Source: a virus
Taxonomy: Duplodnaviria; Caudoviricetes
IMG/VR virus record: IMGVR_UViG_3300023184_009656
Coordinates: 1 to 60,878 of that record
Length of the DNA stretch: 60,878 nucleotides
Strand: one strand, 5' to 3'
A program made the position numbers and the translations under genes. Every line of letters starts with the position of its first letter. Position 1 is the stretch's first letter. The notes under the pieces were generated by a model. That model saw nothing but the letters and a program-made list of their open reading frames with translations. It was not told where the DNA came from and did not search any database. Shown piece by piece: positions 56,138 through 60,878 of this stretch.

Positions 56138-56781
56138 TCTAAAGCCTCCGATATAGTTGGGAATTGTTCCATAAAAATCTTTTTACAATCTTCTGCAATT
56201 AGTCTATGTTCTTTTTGAGTGTTCTTTTCTGTTCTAAGATCAAGATAATGAATCCAGCTTCTTAAAGAGCCTTTCATATACATTGTGGTTTGAGTTGTCA
56301 ATGGTAATACCATTCTGGCTACTTCTTTAGCTATTCCAGATTGAATCATAAGATCATAACAATCTTGGGCCATAGCTAAACTTTCCATCATAAAAGTAGT
56401 TACGTTGTCATATTGTGGATGATCTTTGGGAATTAACTCTTCTCCAACTTGTCTATTTTTATCACCCTGCATTCTAAGTTCGATATCCTCAAATTCATTT
56501 GCTGCGCTATATCTTTGACTAAATTCTTGAAATGAAAAAGAGCGATGCCTTAATATCTGCGCTGCAATTGCTCTACTAGTTTTTATCTCTACTGTTAAGT
56601 CCACCATTTCAAATGGACTCCAATGTTTATGTTTAATTAGAAATTTTAAAAGTTTTGGAGCGGTTTCTGTATTTATTTGATTAGATGGATTACTGACTCT
56701 TGCACAATAAGCTACTAAATCCTCTGCGTTATAGACTTCTTCTACTTCTGGTTTAGTAATTGATATTAATTTGACGCTCAT
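56122..56781 (-). CDS. thyX: FAD-dependent thymidylate synthase
   Basis: HWSPFE, RHRSFSFQEFSQRY, KEVARMVLP, LRSWIHYLDLR...QKEHR. Confidence 0.97.
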   Translation of the reverse strand: MSVKLISITKPEVEEVYNAEDLVAYCARVSNPSNQINTETAPKLLKFLIKHKHWSPFEMVDLTVEIKTSRAIAAQILRHRSFSFQEFSQRYSAANEFEDIELRMQGDKNRQVGEELIPKDHPQYDNVTTFMMESLAMAQDCYDLMIQSGIAKEVARMVLPLTTQTTMYMKGSLRSWIHYLDLRTEKNTQKEHRLIAEDCKKIFMEQFPTISEALEWKQE

Positions 56782-58262
56782 AGTAATTCTCCATCATTTT
56801 GATTTTGATCATTTAATTCGTATTGCTCTCTTTGTCTAGCTGCAATTTCTACTAATGAACCATGTTCTGTGATATTGAAATTTTCTACTCTATAGTTAAG
56901 ATAATTTTGAGCCCATGTTTCTTTACCAGTACAATCTAATCTGCGAACAATATCTTGGTGTCCAGCTGCATCTTTACCTTGGAATCGAGTTTTGGTTGGA
57001 ATTAATTTATGAGTTCCAAATTGTGGAGTATCTAAAGCTAATTCATCAACTGTTTTTCTTCTGAAGATTGCAACAAATGAAGCGAACCATTGCAATCTAT
57101 CTGATAATGAAATTGCAGAAGCATCGTCTGTAACATCTGCACCTTTTCGGTTAAAAGATTCTCCGCTTCGATTTAATTGCATCGCTGTGATAATTGGTGC
57201 TTGTAATTCTTCTGAAATTCTTTTTAGCTTATCAATCTTATCTCCAATGGCTTGATGTTCTGCCCAGTTTTGACCAACCTTTTCTCCAGTTAATTTAATA
57301 TAATCATAAGCAATTACTGCTTGGTTTCCTCTTCCAACATGAGAAAGATGCCATCTACGAATCATTGAGCAAATTTGATCTATGTTTTTACTACCAACGT
57401 GATAATGATGATATTGATAATTTTTAATTAATGGCCATGCTGATCTAACTTTTACTACCATTTCTTCATTCTTACGCCAATTACCAGTTTCCAAGTACCA
57501 AACTGGAACACCAGTTAATGAAGATATCATTCTAAATCTAATATCTATTGCTTGCATTTCTGTATCTAAAATTAATGCTTTGACTTTGTTCTTTGGATTG
57601 ATTGATGTTTTAAAACACATGTCATTAATCCAAGTACTTTTCCCTTGGCCTGGACGACTTACAATTGCGTAGATATTTCCATTCTTTAAACCACCATACA
57701 TTCTGTTAAATTCTGGATATGGAGTTATTAACCCAGTTTCTTCTTTTGGTGAATTTCCAATTTCTTCAATGATATCTTCTGCATCTTGAAAAAGATTAAC
57801 TGGTAAATCATTTGTTGTATAAGCAGATATTTTCCCATTATACATGGCATCTGCATCTGCTAAAATTTGATCTATAGATAATTCACTATTTTTCGAAACA
57901 TGAGTTTTAATTTTATCTGCCGTATCAAGTATTTCTCTACGAATTCTTAATTTTAATAATTCTTTGCAAGCTTCTACTGTTGCTTTTTCTGTGATTTGTG
58001 AAAAAGAAAGATTATCAATATAGTCATAAATATTAATATCATCTTTAAAAGAAATACCTAAGTTTTTAATTTTTTCTGCTAATAATACTTTATCAACAGT
58101 TTCGCCTTTGTGTTTTATATTCTTATAAACAGCATATATTGTGGAATGCACATCATTATAGAAATCATTTTCAGAAATAAAGGTATCAATATCTGCAAAA
58201 AGATTTTGATACTTAATTAAACCGCTTAATACATGTCGTTCAATCTGAACAGAATAAATCAT
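56778..58262 (-). CDS. dnaB: Replicative DNA helicase
   Basis: Walker A SRPGQGKS, LDTEM, YDYIKL, AMQLNRSG; DnaB N-domain (ERHVLSGL...DFY). Confidence 0.92.
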   Translation of the reverse strand: MIYSVQIERHVLSGLIKYQNLFADIDTFISENDFYNDVHSTIYAVYKNIKHKGETVDKVLLAEKIKNLGISFKDDINIYDYIDNLSFSQITEKATVEACKELLKLRIRREILDTADKIKTHVSKNSELSIDQILADADAMYNGKISAYTTNDLPVNLFQDAEDIIEEIGNSPKEETGLITPYPEFNRMYGGLKNGNIYAIVSRPGQGKSTWINDMCFKTSINPKNKVKALILDTEMQAIDIRFRMISSLTGVPVWYLETGNWRKNEEMVVKVRSAWPLIKNYQYHHYHVGSKNIDQICSMIRRWHLSHVGRGNQAVIAYDYIKLTGEKVGQNWAEHQAIGDKIDKLKRISEELQAPIITAMQLNRSGESFNRKGADVTDDASAISLSDRLQWFASFVAIFRRKTVDELALDTPQFGTHKLIPTKTRFQGKDAAGHQDIVRRLDCTGKETWAQNYLNYRVENFNITEHGSLVEIAARQREQYELNDQNQNDGELL

Positions 58263-58269
58263 TCTATAT

Positions 58270-58298
58270 ATGATACTACGTTAAAAATTAAAAGTCAA
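58270..58298 (-). promoter_or_regulatory. sigma70-type promoter TTGACT-N17-TATCAT, likely leaderless
   Basis: 7 nt before ATG 58262. Confidence 0.65.
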
Positions 58299-58308
58299 GT
58301 AAAGTATT

Positions 58309-58608
58309 TTATTCTTCAGTATCTTCTGCATCATCTTCACTGTCGAAATCATTATTATTTCTATTATTTTTATCTGATTGTTCTATTATAGCATCTGCTG
58401 TTGCATCCATATTCATTTGATCTACAGTACTGCTCCAAGAACCCAAATAATATAAAAGAGCCATTGCGTTCATTTGATTATCAAATTTTGTAAATACTTG
58501 TGGATCGCCTTTAGAATTAAAATTAAATAGAATATATCCACCAAAACTACATTCATCGAGTTGCTTTAGCAAATTATTAGGAAAATTAAATTTCTTTTTA
58601 TTCGTCAC
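58309..58608 (-). CDS. Hypothetical protein with acidic tail
   Basis: 99 aa, GTG start; FNFPNNLLKQLDECSFGGYILF. Confidence 0.6.
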   Translation of the reverse strand: MTNKKKFNFPNNLLKQLDECSFGGYILFNFNSKGDPQVFTKFDNQMNAMALLYYLGSWSSTVDQMNMDATADAIIEQSDKNNRNNNDFDSEDDAEDTEE

Positions 58609-58616
58609 CGAATATT

Positions 58617-58623
58617 TTACACT
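58617..58623 (-). promoter_or_regulatory. Late promoter motif AGTGTAA on the minus strand
   Basis: Intergenic, 8 nt before GTG 58608. Confidence 0.6.
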
Positions 58624-58641
58624 AAAAATTGAAATTTTATT

Positions 58642-59289
58642 TTATTTTTTGAAAGCAACCGCCATCCCACAATCTGCTCTATCATTTTCAAAATATTTTT
58701 TAATGTCATATAGATTTTTATCAATGGCTTCCAATAAAATAGATGGCCCTGGATGATAATTCGTATCGTGAAAAATCACTATTCCATCATCAGCTAGTAA
58801 ATCTGTATATTTCCAATCATTTATAATTGTATTTAGAGAATGCCAGCCATCAATAAAAAATATTGATATTTTGTCTATACCTATTTCATGCATATAAGCC
58901 CTTACTCTTTCTTGGTCAAAAGAGTTGGCTTGTATTGTGTAAATATTATTTTCTTGATTATTTAAGAAGGTTTTACTCTCTAAATCTATACCTAAATATT
59001 TTGAATTTTTTGGTTTATGATTAAGCATTGCGCGAGTAAAAGAATTTTGTCCATTTCTATGAACTCCAATTTCAACTATATGATGTTTTGCATATTTTTT
59101 GGTAAGTTCCTCAGTAAGAAAAAAATTTGATGGAGATACTTCTATTGCAAAACCGTGGCTAAATGGTAATTGATCTTCATCATTTCCTTTTGGACCAAAA
59201 TTTGTTATTTGAGGTATAAATTTAAGACCTTTTATATTAGATTCATTTTCTTGAATATGAACTTCTGCAGAATTTATATTTAATATCAT
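58642..59289 (-). CDS. Class I SAM-dependent methyltransferase (Methyltransf_24-like)
   Basis: IVEIGV, YLGIDL, IFFIDGWHS, LLADDGIVIFHDT. Confidence 0.85.
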   Translation of the reverse strand: MILNINSAEVHIQENESNIKGLKFIPQITNFGPKGNDEDQLPFSHGFAIEVSPSNFFLTEELTKKYAKHHIVEIGVHRNGQNSFTRAMLNHKPKNSKYLGIDLESKTFLNNQENNIYTIQANSFDQERVRAYMHEIGIDKISIFFIDGWHSLNTIINDWKYTDLLADDGIVIFHDTNYHPGPSILLEAIDKNLYDIKKYFENDRADCGMAVAFKK

Positions 59290-59310
59290 ATATTTTTCCT
59301 TATTTAATAT

Positions 59311-59339
59311 ATTATAATCTTATATAATTATAATGTCAA
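59311..59339 (-). promoter_or_regulatory. Consensus sigma70 promoter TTGACA-N17-TATAAT
   Basis: Upstream of the methyltransferase; leadered with AAGGA RBS. Confidence 0.75.
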
Positions 59340-59739
59340 ATTTTTTTTCTATATATTCTGGTGATAAAACCTTTAAATCAGATTCATATAATTCTAAGAA
59401 TTTAAATTCATTCATTTCTAACCATTTTTCTTTTTTTACATCTCTTTTTATACTTTGAAGATATTTTAATCTAGAATTATCATGGAAGAATTTGTTAAAT
59501 GATTCATGTTGATCGCCTTGTATCTCAACGGCTATCTTTTTTGTTGCATTTAATATATCAACTTTAAGCATGGAACCATAGACTGGAAACTCTTCATAAA
59601 CGATATGGTTTTTCCAATAAGGATAAAAAAATTGTTTAAACTTAAACTGTAATTTACTACGGCTTTTACCTTCCCAATCTATTAAGTATTTTCTTACATT
59701 TTTATTAACGAGCCTGCCGTTAATATTTAATAGTCTCAT
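59320..59739 (-). CDS. DUF559/Vsr-like endonuclease (restriction-endonuclease fold)
   Basis: EEFPV...KVDIL...IAVEIQGDQH...RDVKKEKWLEMN. Confidence 0.75.
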   Translation of the reverse strand: MRLLNINGRLVNKNVRKYLIDWEGKSRSKLQFKFKQFFYPYWKNHIVYEEFPVYGSMLKVDILNATKKIAVEIQGDQHESFNKFFHDNSRLKYLQSIKRDVKKEKWLEMNEFKFLELYESDLKVLSPEYIEKKFDIIII

Positions 59740-60878
59740 GAAGCCAAAGTATTGATAAATTTACTATAAAAATAATCTACAATTGGTTTATTTTCTTCAA
59801 GATAGGATCTTAGATTATCAATGCCTTGATGTTGCTTTTTAAGCTCAAGATTTTGATTTTTAAGTTCATCAATAATCTCATCTGAGAATGTTACCCATGC
59901 GCCTTTTGCTGTTGCAAATTCCCAAGCAAGTATTTGATCAATAACTTCATACTCTCTCCAAACAGAAGATCCATCTTTGCGACCATATTTGATTGGATAT
60001 TGAATCTTGGAATTTGTGGATTCATTGGTTGACTTTTTGATTACAATTTTAACATTATGACCAATAATTTTATTCTTTACTGAGTCATATTTATCATTTG
60101 GTTTTTCAAGAATAAGATCTTTGTTGAACTTTGGTTCAAATTCAAGAATCCAATTAGCAAAATGCAATAAAGCATTTCCACCAGTAGCGGTAGTTTGACG
60201 AATATCTTTATTCGCAGCATAAGGATCAAGTTTAATATCAGATCGTACTTGACTAATAAAGATTGCCATATGACCACGCTTAGAGAGGGCTAGAGAAATC
60301 TTCTTCATTAACATGGATGAGATAACTGCTCCACCAGCAACCTTTGTTGCTTCAGTCATGCTCTTTTGAGAATCACCTTTAGTCATCAATCCGTCAACTG
60401 AATCAAGAACAAATATATATCTCTTATTCTCATCATTTGATTGAATAAGGTCTTTCATTAATTCTGAAACAGTTTCAAAGATATTACATTCAAATACAAA
60501 GCAAGTTCCATCAACCCATTCTTTAGGATCAGTTACAAACTTAATTCCAGAACGCTCTTTGATTTCTTTGCTTAATCTTCCTTCAGCCTTGAAAAGTAAA
60601 GCTCTAGAGTTTTCTACTGATTTAAGAAAGTTCTTTGTTACTTCAAGTGCTTCTGAGGTTTTACCACCCTCATTCATTCCAATAAATCTATGCAACCCTG
60701 GGCATAAACCACCGCTTGTGGCTATATCCAGGTTTAAGCTACCAGTAGATACTTTATAATAAATTTCATCTTCGAAATTATAATGATCTTCTTTGTTGTC
60801 TTTTAAAAATGATAATAATCTATCTGATGCACTTGGACCAGATGATTCAACGACTTCTTCTTTAGGTTTTCTTGCCAT
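59736..60878 (-). CDS. recA: RecA/UvsX-like recombinase
   Basis: VSTGSLNLDIATSGG, Walker A GMNEGGKTS, Walker B FVLDSV, IFISQVR, TGGNALLHFA, KGAWV; ATG at the last base of the window. Confidence 0.9.
   Translation of the reverse strand: MARKPKEEVVESSGPSASDRLLSFLKDNKEDHYNFEDEIYYKVSTGSLNLDIATSGGLCPGLHRFIGMNEGGKTSEALEVTKNFLKSVENSRALLFKAEGRLSKEIKERSGIKFVTDPKEWVDGTCFVFECNIFETVSELMKDLIQSNDENKRYIFVLDSVDGLMTKGDSQKSMTEATKVAGGAVISSMLMKKISLALSKRGHMAIFISQVRSDIKLDPYAANKDIRQTTATGGNALLHFANWILEFEPKFNKDLILEKPNDKYDSVKNKIIGHNVKIVIKKSTNESTNSKIQYPIKYGRKDGSSVWREYEVIDQILAWEFATAKGAWVTFSDEIIDELKNQNLELKKQHQGIDNLRSYLEENKPIVDYFYSKFINTLAS

Noticed and set aside
783-60759. Short antisense or alternate-frame ORFs in the six-frame track (e.g. 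33472-33693, 40166-40357, 40197-40460, 44382-44642, 54271-54459)
   Set aside because: They overlap long, well-supported genes, lack RBS/promoters, and often just mirror repeats (LAVLR, GLGL).
1-60878. Stop-codon reassignment
   Set aside because: Code 11 gives long, abutting ORFs with very high coding density, and TAA, TGA and TAG all act as stops.

Overview
AT-rich, gene-dense fragment of a large tailed dsDNA phage (standard code 11; no tRNA, CRISPR, integrase or RT seen). The + strand (1-44449) is a virion morphogenesis module: 5'-truncated long fibre protein, putative neck/connector genes, an internally duplicated tail tube protein (no sheath gene seen, so siphovirus-like), chaperone-like genes, a 1754-aa tape measure protein and about 13 tail-tip/fibre/adhesin proteins (LamG-like, RCC1-like and FG-GAP propellers, Ig-like, Cys-rich, poly-Ser and Ser-Pro tracts). 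The - strand (44453-60878) is a convergent replication/modification module: RecA, DUF559-like nuclease, methyltransferase, DnaB, ThyX, primase, PD-(D/E)xK nuclease, a DnaE split into separate PHP, DEDDh exonuclease and core genes, an SSB-like protein, three glycosyltransferase genes and a Rad52-like annealing protein. Two promoter classes are visible: 17-bp-spaced sigma70 promoters (most apparently leaderless) and a phage-type AGTGTAA motif. Top candidates for novel biology: (1) a tape measure protein with four G-x-IPNF motifs that bracket a PD-(D/E)xK nuclease-like cargo domain; (2) a possible virion O-glycosylation system (pervasive S/T-G motifs and poly-Ser tracts plus phage GT4, split GT9, Anp1-like GT and a methyltransferase); (3) repeated gene splitting and nested domain insertion. 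All family calls come from motifs recognised by eye, not from database searches.
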